A program made the position numbers and the translations under genes. From NCBI RefSeq assembly GCF_018977255.1, contig NW_024704743.1, forward strand, positions 58,840,001 to 58,904,000: a stretch of DNA of 64,000 nucleotides, given 5' to 3'. The notes under the pieces were generated by a model, which was not told the DNA's origin, did not search any database, and saw only the letters and a list, made by a program, of their open reading frames with translations. This DNA comes from Callorhinchus milii (lineage: Eukaryota). Below, piece after piece: positions 11,435-24,568 of this stretch (its first letter is position 1; each line of letters starts with the position of its first letter).

Positions 11435-13020
11435 GACATTTGAATAGCTGAGTCCAGATTGGTGAGCCAGGCAATAGCTTTGGTGTAAGTCTGAGATGCT
11501 TCCGGCAAATGATTGAAGCGGTCACTGCTTTACAATGTTCAACTGGTGTCCACGGTCACATTGTGCATTATTTCTCATCTTCCAGAGTGTAACAAATGTT
11601 CAACAGGGACCACTGTTTCTGTTTAAGTTGCTAGGTTCTTTTTATGGGGTCAGCAATCAGATATTTGTTTGGCACATTTACATTGACCGGGCCTTTGGTC
11701 ACCTTCCTCCCCCTGGCTTGGCCCCGGGATCCGTTACCATGAAGCGCTCTGAGACGCCGTTCGGCATGGAGAGCTCTATATAAATCCAAGTTGTTGTTGT
11801 TATCCCCAAATCTCTCAGTGTACCTCAGGTTTGAATGAGGATGCTTTAAGAGCATTAGCCTGATCCCAAAAAGAAGCTTCTCAAAATCTTTATGAATTGG
11901 CACATTCAGGTTTGCCATGGTTGGATTGTACTCACAAGCTGTATGTGTGTCCCTCTGGATTTTGGATGGGGTATATGTGCCAGAGTGGGGAACATTGAAC
12001 AGGTTTTGATGTTAATGTTGCAGTTGATTCTCACCATGGCATTAAGCTGTGCGTCCAGAGATTTGGTGTGTCAGCTGTTTGCCCAGACTGGAGCACAATG
12101 TTCATTGGTCAAGTACACCAGTGCTTGAGTTGCTGTTTGAAGTGTGTACATATCAGTACCCCATGTTGTGCCCCTGAGTTTTCGGACGAGGCTAGTCTTT
12201 GCTTTTACCTTTTCGCATGTCTTTTACAGATTAGCTTTAAAAGCCAAGCTTCTATTCAAGATTTTACCCAAGTACTTTGGATATTAATAAATAATAACAA
12301 CAACTTGCATTTATACAGCGCTCTCAACGACGGGCGACAGCCCATAATATACTCCTTGCATTTTACATCACGTCGTTGTTGTGATGTCTCAAAGCACTTC
12401 ACACAATATATTGTAAAGTGGATTGACTGTATATTTTGTGGGCAAAACTAAGGGTACAGCATGTGGATAGGGCACAGCATGTGGTTCGGGCTAATTTCTA
12501 TGGAGTTCTGTAACATAACGGTTAGGACGCTCGCCTCGCAAATAAGGGGACCCGGGTTTGATTCCCGGGCTGGGCAAAACCTTAGGCAAGTTTCCTTATT
12601 CCACTCTGTTTATGTAGCAGTAAGTAGGAACCTGGTTGTTAGTCGATTGATGGATCGCTTTCTGGGGGTAATAATTCCTTAAAAAAAATTTTGGTCAATT
12701 GATCCACGACTGTTTGTGGGACACTGCTGAGTGGAATTGGCTGCTGCGTTTCGCCCACAAAATATACAGTCAATTCACTTTACAGTATATTCTGTGAAGT
12801 GCTTTGAGACGTCTCCATGTCGTGATAAGGCACTGTATCAAATGCTATTATTATTTTGGAACCGTTGACCTCAAAGGGTGACCTTACGTGGTTCCTTGGC
12901 AGCTTTGTTCTTTTAGGTGAAAGGCCGTTACCAAGGTGTTGGAGGCGTTGTGATTTTCTGTAAAGTCACTGTGGAAGCAGAAGCAGTAAAATGTTCAGAA
13001 TCTGAAAACCTCCTGCTTTG
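11435..13020 (-). mobile_element. Decayed Vingi/Ingi-group LINE ORF 3' half, interrupted by SINE/L2-tail insertions at about 11688-11802 and 12285-12857
   Basis: Manual reverse translation gives VTAFHL..; PKYLGKILNRSLAFKANL*KTCEKVKAKTSLVRKLRGTTWGTDMYTLQTATQALVYLTNEHCAPVWANS*HTKSLDAQLN; and a C-terminal CDRG..EHIVKQ*P..AIAWL zinc-knuckle remnant. Confidence 0.78.
12501..12855 (+). mobile_element. SINE, long variant with an extra roughly 50-bp agcagtaagtaggaacc...gtcgatt segment
   Basis: tRNA head, extra segment, Deu core and tail. Confidence 0.9.
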
Positions 13021-15339
13021 TTCGTAAGATCTTTTAATGAAACAAATCCCAAACTATTTGTTTAAAAAAAGGCTCTGTTTTCATCTTCAATGACAGCTTT
13101 TTGGCAGTATTAGCAGACTATAATTCTCGCCTCCTGTTAGTAACTGGCATGTTTAAATATGTAAATATCTATCCAAGGCACTTGAGGCAGGCCTATTTTT
13201 TTTCGCAGCAGCTGCTGCTGAAATGAAAAAGGAAAACCGAGTAGCCACGCAATAATTCTGTCTCCCCTGCTTATTGGCACGTGGATGGAATCCTAGTATA
13301 GTAAAGGGGGAGTCACAGAGTGGGGAAGTCGCCAATTACACTGGAGCAGGGTAAGCCTGAGTTTTAGATGATGCTACGCTGCTTCCCATGTCGGAGATTA
13401 AAGAGAAAAACTGCCTGCCTCGTTGTGTTGACATTAACGCTACTTTGTTTGTCGATTTTCCCCTAAACCCTTAGTATGCTAATCCCACAGCCAAAAACAG
13501 AGAGTAACAAAGTTGAGATAAATTCACGAACCTTTTGACCCATTTGGAGTCATCCTTCTAGAATATCCAATCTGTGTTCTTCCCATTACAGAGTCCAGCT
13601 GTTTTCTAAATGAGGACATTGTCCTGCCCTCAACCGCCCTTATTAATAATCCATTTCACCTACACAATTCCTTTCACCTGCATTTTGTGCATCATATTGT
13701 ATTTGTTGTTGGTCTTAATCGGGAACTAACTCACAGTCCAAATTTAGATATTCTTTTGTATTGAATATGAGTTGCCCAGGTGTGTGGGATGTAGACCCCC
13801 GGCTGATAGTGCTCGATGCCAACATCTATGGAATTGGGTTGTGCATTCAACTGATGGTTAGTGGGATCATGACTTTTACTGCGCAAAACAAAAATGAATA
13901 AAACCACTCTTCTGTTAACCAGCAATCTAAGCAAGAAAGTATATTTTCAACCCAGCTTGATGAATGACAGCTTCGAAATGGGACAAATGTGGGGTGGGCA
14001 GGGGGGGAGGAGGCAGTCTGCCTGTGACGCATCTAGGTAATTTATGATGACAACTCATATTTGTTTAGCACCCTTCCTACGGGGTAGCATCTCATGGCTA
14101 CTACATTTATATATATCATTTATATAAATCATTTATATTAATGTTTTTTAAGATTTTTTTTACTTTCCAGTACAAGCCAGATACCATTAATAAAATTTGA
14201 TGCATAAATTGTATCTTTTTGTTCTTGCATCTTATTGTATTTTTGAATTACTTTTTCTGTAGTATTAAGTAACTTCAGATTTTCATTAATTTTAACTTTT
14301 AAGTACTTGGACAAACTAACCTACGAATTGTTTTTATGTGTGTCAAAAATTGCTTTGATGTTTTTATTTGGATTATTATTTTGTGTAATAAGATAAATGC
14401 ACAACAATGAGAATGCAACAATGTCAATCTTTATATGATGGAGCAATATAGAGCATATGCTCTGGCTCTGCAAAATAAATTAGAAATGGTGCAGCACTCA
14501 GAAAAAAGGCACAAAAATGAACTTGTAACCTGCAAATGTCGACAGGAGTAGTATTTAATTGGAATGCCTACCGAAATCGCATTTAACTAGAATATACGTA
14601 CAGCAAAAGATAATATTTAGTTTGACTTCAGATTAAGTGATAAGATTCCCATACAAAGGGGATTTTGTAAGAGGGAAGAAGGAAACGCCATCCTTTTACA
14701 GTGTAAACTGCCAGGCTTTCAGGGTGACTCTTGTTTGCGCATGTAGCATACATTTCTATATGAAGAGGTTCATTGACCTAGGAATGAAAAGACTGTTGTA
14801 TAAGGCGCACGGAGTAAAGGAAAGACTACTGTTCAATGTAATATGATTGCTGCTACAGTTATAATTAGAGCAGTATCTACTGCCTTGCATGCTAGAATAT
14901 ACTGACCACTGCTTCCCTTATTTTCTTATTTTTCTACACTTTTTTAACAGTCCTATTGCATGGTTGGTTGTCAGTTGTTTTTAAATAAAACATTAGCGAA
15001 GATATACAATGGTATATTTATAAATGTTTTTTTTTACTATGTGAAATTTGACTTAGAAGGAAGAATAGTTACATTTGGATGACTGAGATGCTGAAAGTGC
15101 GTGTAGACTTCATATGCTATCAATTTCACCATGATTTATGTAGCAGAAATTTGGTCTTTAGACCTATTTTGTTAAATAAACATTCTGACTGAACCACAGA
15201 GGTATATACTCAGTGCTAATTATAGATTTTTGGGGGGAGAACGCAGTTTGATTTATGCTTATATTGACATTGTTTTATACAAAAATAAGTTGTTTCACAT
15301 TTAGAATTTTTTAATCTTTTCCTCAAGCAGCTCAGCAAT

Positions 15340-15795
15340 ATGCAGTTTCCTCAAGATCGTCGCTTACTGACCCACACTAAAATCTGTACACCGATCACGC
15401 CAGTCCTTGCCAGGCTCCACTGGTTCCCACCACTGAACGCATTGATTTCAAGGTCCTTGCACTTGTCTTCAATTCCCTTTATACCCTGACACCTCTCTAC
15501 CTCTCCGACCCATTTACTCCCAAACCCACTACCCGTCGCCTCCACTCGACTGGCTCTGGCCTCCTGTTTGTCCCTTGTGGTCTCCGTTACACCATTGATT
15601 CAGCCATTACGCCCCAAAACTCTGGAACACTCTCCCTCAATCCCTCCACCTTGCCCCCTCCTTCCCCATTTTCAGGTCACACCTCGACAGTGTTTTCTCT
15701 TTGACCTCCCCCTGGCTCGGCCTCATGCTCCACTACTGTCAAGTGCTCTGAGATGCTCCTCTGTGTGAGGGCCCAAGTTTTTCATTGTTGTTGTT
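15340..15795 (+). mobile_element. Decayed L2 3' fragment
   Basis: caggctccactggttcccac (LHWxP region), ctctggaac motif and TTG-rich tail. Confidence 0.7.
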
Positions 15796-16429
15796 TGTTT
15801 ACAGTAAATGCTGTGCATCTCGAGATGTGCTGAGGCACTATTTTGATGCAATTATTGTTATCCCTCTTCTGTCTTGTGTCCACAGTTTATACTTCTCCCT
15901 CAGTTTATACCTCTGTATTTGTCGATATTAAATGACACTTGCCCCCCGTCATCCCAACTCCCTAATCTTTCCAGTTCCCTCTGTATTTAGCCATCCAGCT
16001 CCTCTTTGTTTGCAGCTCTTCCAGTTTGGTATTCACAACAAATTTAGGAAACTTGTTTTTATACCCTTTCCACATCTCTCAGATATGAAATAAAAGTTTA
16101 GAAAATAATATTTAAAATGATAATGGGAGAGGGGGATTATATGGGAAGACAAAGAGAAATGTTTGAACTTTTACATAATATTGATTCTTATGCTAGTGTA
16201 GGGTTAATATTGCAGGATTAAGTGTTGTTACCTGAACATTTCATTTTATAAAAGGAACAAGTTGAGAAGATATGGAATACTTTTTTGTTGCCCATCCCTG
16301 TTTTAAGTAGTTGATGGATGACAGTTGCTGAACAACAGACCAATTAGCCTTGTTCAACATTGCACAATTAGAACTTTGTATTTTAAGCATTGCAAAGTAT
16401 TCTTTTTAAAAAGGTCATAACAACTGGTT

Positions 16430-16650
16430 GTGTAATAACATTTCTCCTCATCTCCTCTCTGGTTCTTTTGCCAATTGTCTTGAATCTGTGTTCTCTGATT
16501 ACCGATCGACCCTCCAGTGGAAACAGTTTTTCCTGTTTACTCTGTCAAAACCCCTCATAATTTTGAACATGTCTCTTAAATCTGCCCTTAGCCTTCTCTA
16601 CCTTAAGGAGAACAATCCCAGCTTCTCTAGTCTCTCCTCATAACTGAAGT
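16430..16650 (-). mobile_element. CR1 fragment
   Basis: cttagccttctctaccttaaggagaacaatcccagcttctctagtctctcctcataact is the reverse of YEERLEKLGLFSL..RRLR. Confidence 0.85.
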
Positions 16651-16780
16651 CGACATTGACTTTGAACAATTTGGCCTTGTTTTGTGATGGATTATGTGTG
16701 AGACAAAACACTTTTTAAAATTGTTTTTGTAGTTTTATTGAATGGATTCTATCCTATTAATGTATTTGGTTTCTGTATAA

Positions 16781-16921
<141 letters not shown>

Positions 16922-17611
16922 TGAACTTTTATAGAATCTAATGCTGTTAATTTAAATTAGAAATTATTTTACAACTTTATTAACTTAATCCTGCACCCAC
17001 CAAGATATTTATAAAATAAAACATACGATTGGAAATCTGACAGGGCTCTTAAGTAGTTAATGAGCTTCCCATAAATGCAGAATAAAAATGTACTTCTGTT
17101 AGCAATCCACACTCTTTGGAACCAATATTATATTTATGTTGCATTTGTATGTTTACTTAAACCTTTAACAGTGCAATAAGACAGTGCTCTGCTAGGCTTA
17201 TGGGGCTGCCAAAGATTGTTCTTTCATCATGTAGTATATTTTGGCTTTTTTTACTATAACAATTTTAAGGCTGAAGACTGTTTTAAGGTTGTTTGGAAAC
17301 TGGTCATTGAAGCTGCTATGTCAATGAATGGACAATTTTTTTTAGAACTTGCACTAACATACAAGAAGAAGAATAAAGAATAGTAAAGGTGGGATGAAAC
17401 TAATTCATCGTATATCTAGAGGTTTCTTGCTTTAAAATGTTAATTAAGGCGCAAACCACTATCTGTTGCCATGCAAGATTAGATAAAACAAAATGGATGA
17501 TGAATCACTTTACAATCACCTACCACCAAAATAAAATGATAGGGATAGAATTTAATTTGGCTTTCTCTTTGGGGAATTATCATCGGCCTGACATTTGTAT
17601 TTTTTAATAGC

Positions 17612-17695
17612 TAACTATTACACTGGAAGTTAATTAGCAGTTCACTGTTACAATGAAAGTTAAATTGCAGATCACTGTTACGATGAAAGCTAATG
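17612..17695. repeat. Imperfect roughly 30-bp tandem repeat, about 3 units
   Basis: ctattacactggaagttaattagcag / cactgttacaatgaaagttaaattgcag / cactgttacgatgaaagctaat. Confidence 0.7.
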
Positions 17696-18534
17696 ATTCT
17701 GTATTTCACAAATGTTGTTCAGGTCCTATTTAATGTTGATATTCAAAAATAATTTTTTTGTTCAAGAACAAATTTGCAACTCTGCAAATTCAGTGCATGT
17801 TTTCCTAGTTTCTGGATTATGCAGGGAATAGTAGTTTTAATCTATTGTAAAGTAGAAATAATGTACCCATGCCATTAATCCACGCACCAATTACCCACAA
17901 GGCTGTTTAACTGCAGAGGCTTCCTGGGTGGAAGTTTCATGTGGGACGAAGAGATACCAGAAAAAGTACTGTTGAGCTAATTTGCAAAGTTGCTGACTTG
18001 GAGCCAACATTGTACGAATCTAAACAAACTTCCACAACTTTGCATATATGCATTAGTAATGTCTTTTTCCAGTCAAGGAAAGTAAACCTTTAGAATATTT
18101 GCAATATACAATAGATGTTGTAAAGATGAAGGAAAAAAGAAAGTTCGAGAGATGGCTAGATTTACACATTGTGTTTTTCCTTCTGAGTATCTCTGTTTCT
18201 TTCTGTCAGAGTAAAAGAGAAAGAATGAGTCAGAAGAAAGAGTCTGAGAGAAAAAGCTTAAAACAGATGAGGAACTATAGCTCCTGATTGAACTTTTTTG
18301 TTTGTTAACACAGTAGACAATTTGTATTTAAGTGCTCCAAGACGCTACCGTGCGTGAAGGGTGTTATATATAAATGCAAATTGTATTTTGCGTGATGTCC
18401 AATTATCCACACTGTTTGATCAACTGCTGATTTCAATTAGAGCTGATAATCAGTGCTCTACTGTATATAACTTCATATAACTTCATTTTTGGTAGAGATT
18501 GGTTTAAATTTAGTGTCCAATTATGTTTAAAATT

Positions 18535-18905
18535 TTCTCTCCATCATGTCTCGGCTCCTAGTCTAGTCTTCTCTGGCTGGGTACAGTTCAACGAGTACCT
18601 GTTGCCCTCAAGTGGCAATTCGATAAGTGTGAGTTTTGTCAGTGAGAGCAGAGAGTCAGTCAGTGAGTCAGTTTTTGTCAAGACTCCCCACCTGACTGCC
18701 ACATACCTGCACAACCAGTAGAGGGATGAGGAGCAAGAATCCAGCCTGCTTTTCCCTTCCCAAACCCTCAGAAGGCCAGAACCAATTTAGTACTACCATG
18801 CAGCCCAACCTGAAACGAGGCAGCTCAGCATGGACCAAGGTTCAAAGCAGCGAGTCGCTGGTCCACAAACTGAAGCTGTACCCACTAAATCATCAGGGCT
18901 GCTCT
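18535..18905 (-). mobile_element. Ancient tRNA-derived SINE, AmnSINE2-like (name from recall)
   Basis: Reverse complement reads ..ggtccatgctgagctg..aattgg..gggaagggaaaagcagg..ctcacact..gccacttg..gaactgtaccc..ggagagaaaatt. A second fragment lies at about 46640-46770 (+): gctaagttagctgatctc..gcactacaatt. Confidence 0.55.
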
Positions 18906-19184
18906 ATGTAAGCCCCATCTTATTTCCTTACCAGATTAATTTTTAACTGAACGAATTAAATGTCTTTATTGTTAGAGGTTCCCCACTTTTCAGCGAGTCT
19001 ATGATGGGAATAAAAATAAAAAACAAAAATAAACATGAGAGGGCTTACTTGCCTTATTTCTGTTTTTTGACGCTATACCCATTAAAGCCTTATTATCTGG
19101 GGATAAATAGCCAAACACTGACCATTGGCAGTTAGATTAAAACAGAACAAAGAAAACTCTGGTTCTTATCTGTGTTGTTAACAT

Positions 19185-19845
19185 TTGCAGATGACATCAA
19201 ACTGGGAATCATGGTGAACAATGAAGGGGATAGGCTATAAAAAGACCAATGAGGTTTTCGGCTTTATAACCAGACTGGTAGAATATAAAAGTGATGTTGA
19301 ATTTATACAAAACTATGGTTGAACCAGATTTAGACTGTATTGTCCAATTCTGCTCTCCAAACTATAAGAAGAATATAGCAGTGATGGAAAGAGTACAGTA
19401 TAGGTTTGATAGGTTTCTACTATGAGGTTAGATTGAATAGGTTTGGCCTTTTTTCACTGGAGAAGAGACATTTAAGGGGGTAACCTAATAGCAGTGTTTA
19501 AAAGGGTTTTGATAAGATTAACATAAATAGGCTGTTTCCATTGGTTGGGAAGTCCGTAACGAGGGTACACTAGTATAAGATAGCGACCAGGGGGTCTAGA
19601 AGAGAATTTAGGAGGAACTACTTCATGCCAAGGGTAGTGAGATTGTGGAGCTTGCTGTCTGAAATGGTGGTTGAATTAGTTAGTATATATGCATTCAACA
19701 GGAAGCTAGACCTTCACTTGAGGGAGAGGGAATAGAAAGGTGTGAGAGGGAGTAAGGAATGGGTGAAGATTGGTGTGGAATATAAACACCAGCACGGACT
19801 GGTTGGGCCGAGTGGCCTCTCTCTGTGCTATATGGTCTTTGTAAA
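19185..19845 (+). mobile_element. CR1 LINE 3' fragment, decayed
   Basis: tttgcagatgacatcaaact (FADDTK), LYKTMV.P.LD..VQF, ctggagaagaga, and a CR1-type 3' end gggccgagtggcct. Confidence 0.85.
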
Positions 19846-19869
19846 TCTTCCTAATCTAGGACCTGTATT

Positions 19870-20215
19870 TCAGGACCCTTCAGAACCTGTCCGCTCAGCA
19901 GGCTCCAGCCTGCTCCTTGTCCCCCGCTCAGCCCGCCCCACCATCGGAGGTCGGGCCTTCGGGCTTCTCCGCCCCCACCCTCTGGAACTCCATCCCACAT
20001 TCCCTTTCAACCTCACTCACTCCCTTGCCTCATTCAAGGCCCGCCTCAAGATCCTCCTCTTCGACCGTGCCTTCGGCCACCCTCCTACCCTCTTTGTCCT
20101 CCACCCTCCCTGACCACCCACCCGCTGCTCAGGTCCCAATCCCTAAATGTTCAGAGCCTTGGGATGTCCTCCTGATGTGAAAGGCACTTTACAAATGTAA
20201 TTTTGTATTGTATTA
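19870..20215 (+). mobile_element. L2 3' fragment
   Basis: [31 protein letters not shown] and L2 tail. Confidence 0.85.
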
Positions 20216-20247
20216 CAATGCTTGTTTTCTTCTGATTTAATTTACAG

Positions 20248-20346
20248 ACGACACTGCTCCATTTCTGGGAAAAAACATCCCACACAATGGCAGCTATCCA
20301 TGAAAGTTTCAAAGGCTACCAGCCGTATGAATTCGCTATGTTGAAG
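20248..20346 (+). CDS. ICA1: ICA1 internal coding exon (99 nt, phase 0-0), end of AH/BAR domain
   Basis: tttacag|ACG...TTGAAG|gtaaaa. Translates TTLLHFWEKTSHTMAAIHESFKGYQPYEFAMLK, nearly identical to vertebrate ICA1 as recalled and unlike the ICA1L paralog. Confidence 0.96.
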
Positions 20347-21229
20347 GTAAAATCTTATCTGTATTTTCCATTGCAATGTATCAGTTGCAATTGGTGCGAG
20401 ATTGTTCAAATACTACAGTTGTTGAGGACTTGCATGTGCAGTTTTCCAATTCAAGAATTGTATTGCATTAAAGCGTATGCATTATGGTGCATTAGAAATG
20501 TTTAATGGGAAAGATACACAAATTTAATACATGAACCAGTGAGGTTCGGAATGAGTTCCTGGTACTTCTATGCACTCAGCGAGGGCTCAAACCTGTACTT
20601 ATCGAAAGCCTAATCACGTAGTGACCTGAGGCTCAGGTGGCTCCAAGGTGGCGTGGCCGGTAATGGAATATTGGAAACAAGTTGATCCTCTGAGGGCAAA
20701 GAGCTTTATTGCATTTGATAAAGCACCTTATGTTGTCAAGTCAGTTCAAAACATTTCACAAGATTTACTGCAAAGTGTAGTGACTGGTTTGTTTGCTCTG
20801 GTTATACAATTGTCTTTTAGTACCATGCTCAAGATGGACTAACAGGAAGACTATAGCAGGAAAAATAGGCTCCTTTGATTTGAGTTGTTGCAGGTGAACT
20901 TGGAAAGCTCAGATGGATGACTTCAACATGAGGCCCTTTGCCAAAAGAATAAATTGTGTTCTTTGAGCTCATAGTCTAAACAGATACTCTGGTGAAGTGC
21001 TGGGGGAGTGCTGTGTCCATGTATGTCTCCAGCAGTGGGGCTAAGCGTTTGCCAACAAATTACATTTTCTACTTAGTAATGCTGTTTGTGATCAATATTC
21101 ACTGCTCTTCACTGCTCTTATTGTTCAGTAATTGAAAAGACTTTGTAGCATTTTATCAATATGTACACCAATGAAACCAGCCATGATTACTGCACTCTAT
21201 TTTCAAGTGAGGCAATAGTCTACAGGGAA

Positions 21230-21690
21230 TAGTAATAATAATTCTTGTATTTGATATTGTACCTTATCACATCACCAGAACATGTCAAAGTGCTTCATGG
21301 GATTTTGCTGCAATGACTATATATTTGTAGGTATACATAGCCCAAATTTTCACACAGCAATGTCCTACAAAAAACGCAAAATGAATAACACAATTTTATT
21401 TGAGAAATTCTTGCCCAGGATATTGGGGAAAAACTCCCTTTTCTTTTTGAAGAGTATCACTGTGTCTTTAATATTCACCTGAACCGACAGACAAGTTTGA
21501 CGTTGTATCAAATGTCTAATAATCAAATGGTGACTTGAGGCTGAGGTGGCTCCAAGGTGAGAGTGTCTCTGGCATTGCAGCATTTCGCCAACACTGCATT
21601 AGACTGTCAGCCTAGACAATGAGCTCGAAATCCCAGCTTGAGGCATAAACTTCAGAGGTAAGAGTGCTACCGACTGAGCCAGGCTAATAT
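21230..21690 (-). mobile_element. Old Deu-SINE, near full length
   Basis: Reverse tail, cacacagcaatgtcc, ttcacctgaac and tRNA head agagtgctaccgactgagcca. Related minus copies at about 28700-29040, 58360-58475 and 61985-62150. Confidence 0.78.
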
Positions 21691-21827
21691 CTGATGAGTA
21701 ACAATGAGTAATGCTGTTACATAAACGGTCTAGCAAACTGTCATTTGGAAACAATTTGTCATATTGTTGTTTCTGCACGTCATGCATTGCTGTCAACAAT
21801 AACTTTCAGCACAGTGTAATGCAGGTA

Positions 21828-22290
21828 CAACAACAACAACTTGCATTTATATACTCTTCACGCAGGGGAGAGGAGTGGAGTGTGAACAGGTTGAAGAGGT
21901 AGGGAGGTGCCAGGATATGAAGTGATTTATTTGTAGGTGAGTGTGAAGATCTTGAATTGATCCCTCCTATCTCTCTGACCTGATGACTCCCTACCAACCT
22001 GCCTGCTCCGGCCGGCTCCATGTCTCGTGCCCGACCCACTCTGGGCTTTCAGCCTCTCTGCCCCCACGCTCTGGAACTCCATCCCACGGTCCCTTCACCT
22101 CGCTTCCTCCATTGCCTCCTTCAAGGCCGGTCTCAAGACCCTTCTCTTTAACTGTGCCTTTGGTCGCCCTCTCAACTCTCTGCCTTATCCTCACCCCTAC
22201 ACCACCCCTCCCCCATGCTCGGGCCCCGACACCTGACTGTTCAGCGCTTTGGGACTTCCTCCCAACGTGAAAGACGCTCTATAAATGCAA
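21828..22290. mobile_element. Two abutting L2 3' fragments (minus 21828-21960, plus 21961-22290)
   Basis: Minus piece has IQFKI/LAPPYL-like sequence and a (CAA)n tail. Plus piece has SAPTLWNSIP, FKAGLKTLLF and the L2 tail. Confidence 0.8.
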
Positions 22291-23137
22291 AGCCATAAAG
22301 CCATGATCCATTATGTGACAGAGAGGCAGTGGAGCCTGGCAAGGACTGGGATGATGATTTGAATTAGTTGGACTGTGAATGGTGGAGTTAGAGAGACTGT
22401 CGAGGATTTCATTGGAGAAATTGAGGTGGGAGTTGACCAAAGTCTGGATGTTCAACTGCATATCCCAACCTGAAAGATTTTCTCCAACCCCAATCCACCT
22501 CAGAGCAGAGGTTTCACAAATCAACACTAGGTACATGTGTTCTCTGCACAAGGCTTTAGGTTCCAAAATCCTTTTTTCAGCATTGACCAGCATTTCAGCT
22601 TAGCCTGTGCTCTCATCATTTATGCTGCAATCCACTCAAATGCATCTTTAACCACTTTGAAAATTGTGGCAGGCTGTTCAAGTCACAGTTACTGCACCAT
22701 CAACCTACTCAATGGCCCTATAATATGTGGTGATTGATTGATAGACTCATGTTGGGGACAGGTGTGTGTGTGTGCCACGTTGGGACGTCCTCCCGACGTG
22801 AAAGGTGCTCTATAAATGTAATTTTTGGCATTTCCAAGTAGATATTTTCTTGCTTGCATATTCAAGTAGAAACCACAATGTAAGACTATTAAAGCTAAGA
22901 AAATTAAATCAGCTCACTGCTCCTGCTACTTTTATAGGAAAAATGCACCAAAAAAGTGAGACTTAAGAAATCATTTTGTTCATCTTATGTTGGAATTCAT
23001 TGGCAGACATTACTGCTCCATTTCATTTTATTCCGAGCCACACATTGCATGATGATTCTGCTGCTGTGATTACACCAATGTGTATAATCATGTTAACTTT
23101 CCCTGTGGTTTAGGGTGGAAAACCAAAGATCAGAATA

Positions 23138-23427
23138 TAATAATAATCCTTGCATTTGATATAGTGCCTTATCATGTCTTTGAGATGTCTCAGAGCACTT
23201 CACAGAATATAGAATAAAGGGTAGTGACTATATATTTTGTGGGTGAAATGCGGCAGCCATATGTGCACAGCAGTGTCCCGTAAACAGTCGTGGATTGAGT
23301 GGCCAAATTATTATTATTTTTTTGAAGGGAATATTACACCCGGAAAGCGATCCGCCAATCGACTAACAAGTGGGTTCCTACTTACTGCTAGATAAACAGA
23401 CGCGTATAGAGTAAGGAAACTTGCCCA
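23138..23427 (-). mobile_element. SINE, long variant lacking its tRNA head
   Basis: Reverse tail, Deu core and extra segment, ending at gtaaggaaacttgccc. Confidence 0.88.
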
Positions 23428-24114
23428 CATCTTAGTGTTTTTTTTCATCATCTCATCGTATGGTCATTGTTGTGTGAATGTTTCACCCATGATTCTAGGG
23501 ACGGTCGCGTCATTTTTAGCATTAAGGAAATGACACCACCTTGCTTTATGTGAAATTGGTTGATTGCATTTAGACAATTAATTATATTTAGAAAGCAACA
23601 AAGGTTATTTTATAATATTTCAGCATTGACCAGTATTTCAGATGAGCCTGTACAACACTGACAGGATTCAAGACTTCTGTAAATAATTTCAGAGGATTAT
23701 TATTGCTTTTCATTGGCTGTTAAACTTTAATACTAGCTTGAGGTTTATTTCTTCATGGATTTTCAATTTCCTGGTTTGTTCACTGATTTATCTCATGCCT
23801 ATTTGCAAAATTAGCTCCCATTTTTCTCCCCTTCCATGCTCTGGTCCTCCTTTCTCACTCCTCCTATTGTGTATATATGCACATATAATGGGATAGATCA
23901 CATGCTTATGGTTATCAGATCATAAATATGGCTATTTTAGAATTAAAGAACAAGTATGTTTAGTCCACAAGTACGATACAGAATCATAAGTTTTGTGGTA
24001 CAAGCATTGCTCAAGCTGCTGTTAACAATTCACTATTGGTGGTCAGCATCACTTCATAAGGAAACTAATAGCAACTGTGTAAACTGTTTAAGCCTTTATA
24101 TTACATTAAAGAAA

Positions 24115-24240
24115 TTAGACATGTTATATAGAATTATACAAACTTACAGGACCGAAATAAGCCATTCAACCCAACTAGTCAGTGCCAGTATTTATACACC
24201 ACATGAGCCTCCACCTACCCTAATTCCCTTCTCCCTAATG
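24115..24240 (-). mobile_element. CR1 3'-end fragment
   Basis: atagaattatac...agccattcaacccaactagtcagtgccagtatttat is the reverse of the CR1 3' end seen at about 19780-19840. Confidence 0.65.
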
Positions 24241-24249
24241 TCATCATTT

Positions 24250-24568
24250 GTGGAGTCCTGTAGCTCAGTGATTAGAGCACTCGCTTTGCAAGTGAGAGAC
24301 CTGAGTTCAATTCCAGGCAGAGGGCGAAACCTTGGGCAAGTTTCCTTACGCCACACGCCTAATAATCCCTCCAAAAACCAAAAAAAAAATAATAAATTGG
24401 TCATTTTCAATCTACGACTGTTTGTGGGACATTGCTGTGCACAATTGGCTGCCGCGTTCGCCCACAAATATACAGTCAATTCACTTTACAATGTGTTTTG
24501 TGAAGCGCTTTGGTACGTCCTCCCGACGTGAAAAGCGCTATATCAAATGCAAGGATTATTATTATTAT
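24250..24568 (+). mobile_element. Same SINE, short variant
   Basis: Near-identical to 1076-1398; candidate TSD atcattt on both sides. Confidence 0.92.
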
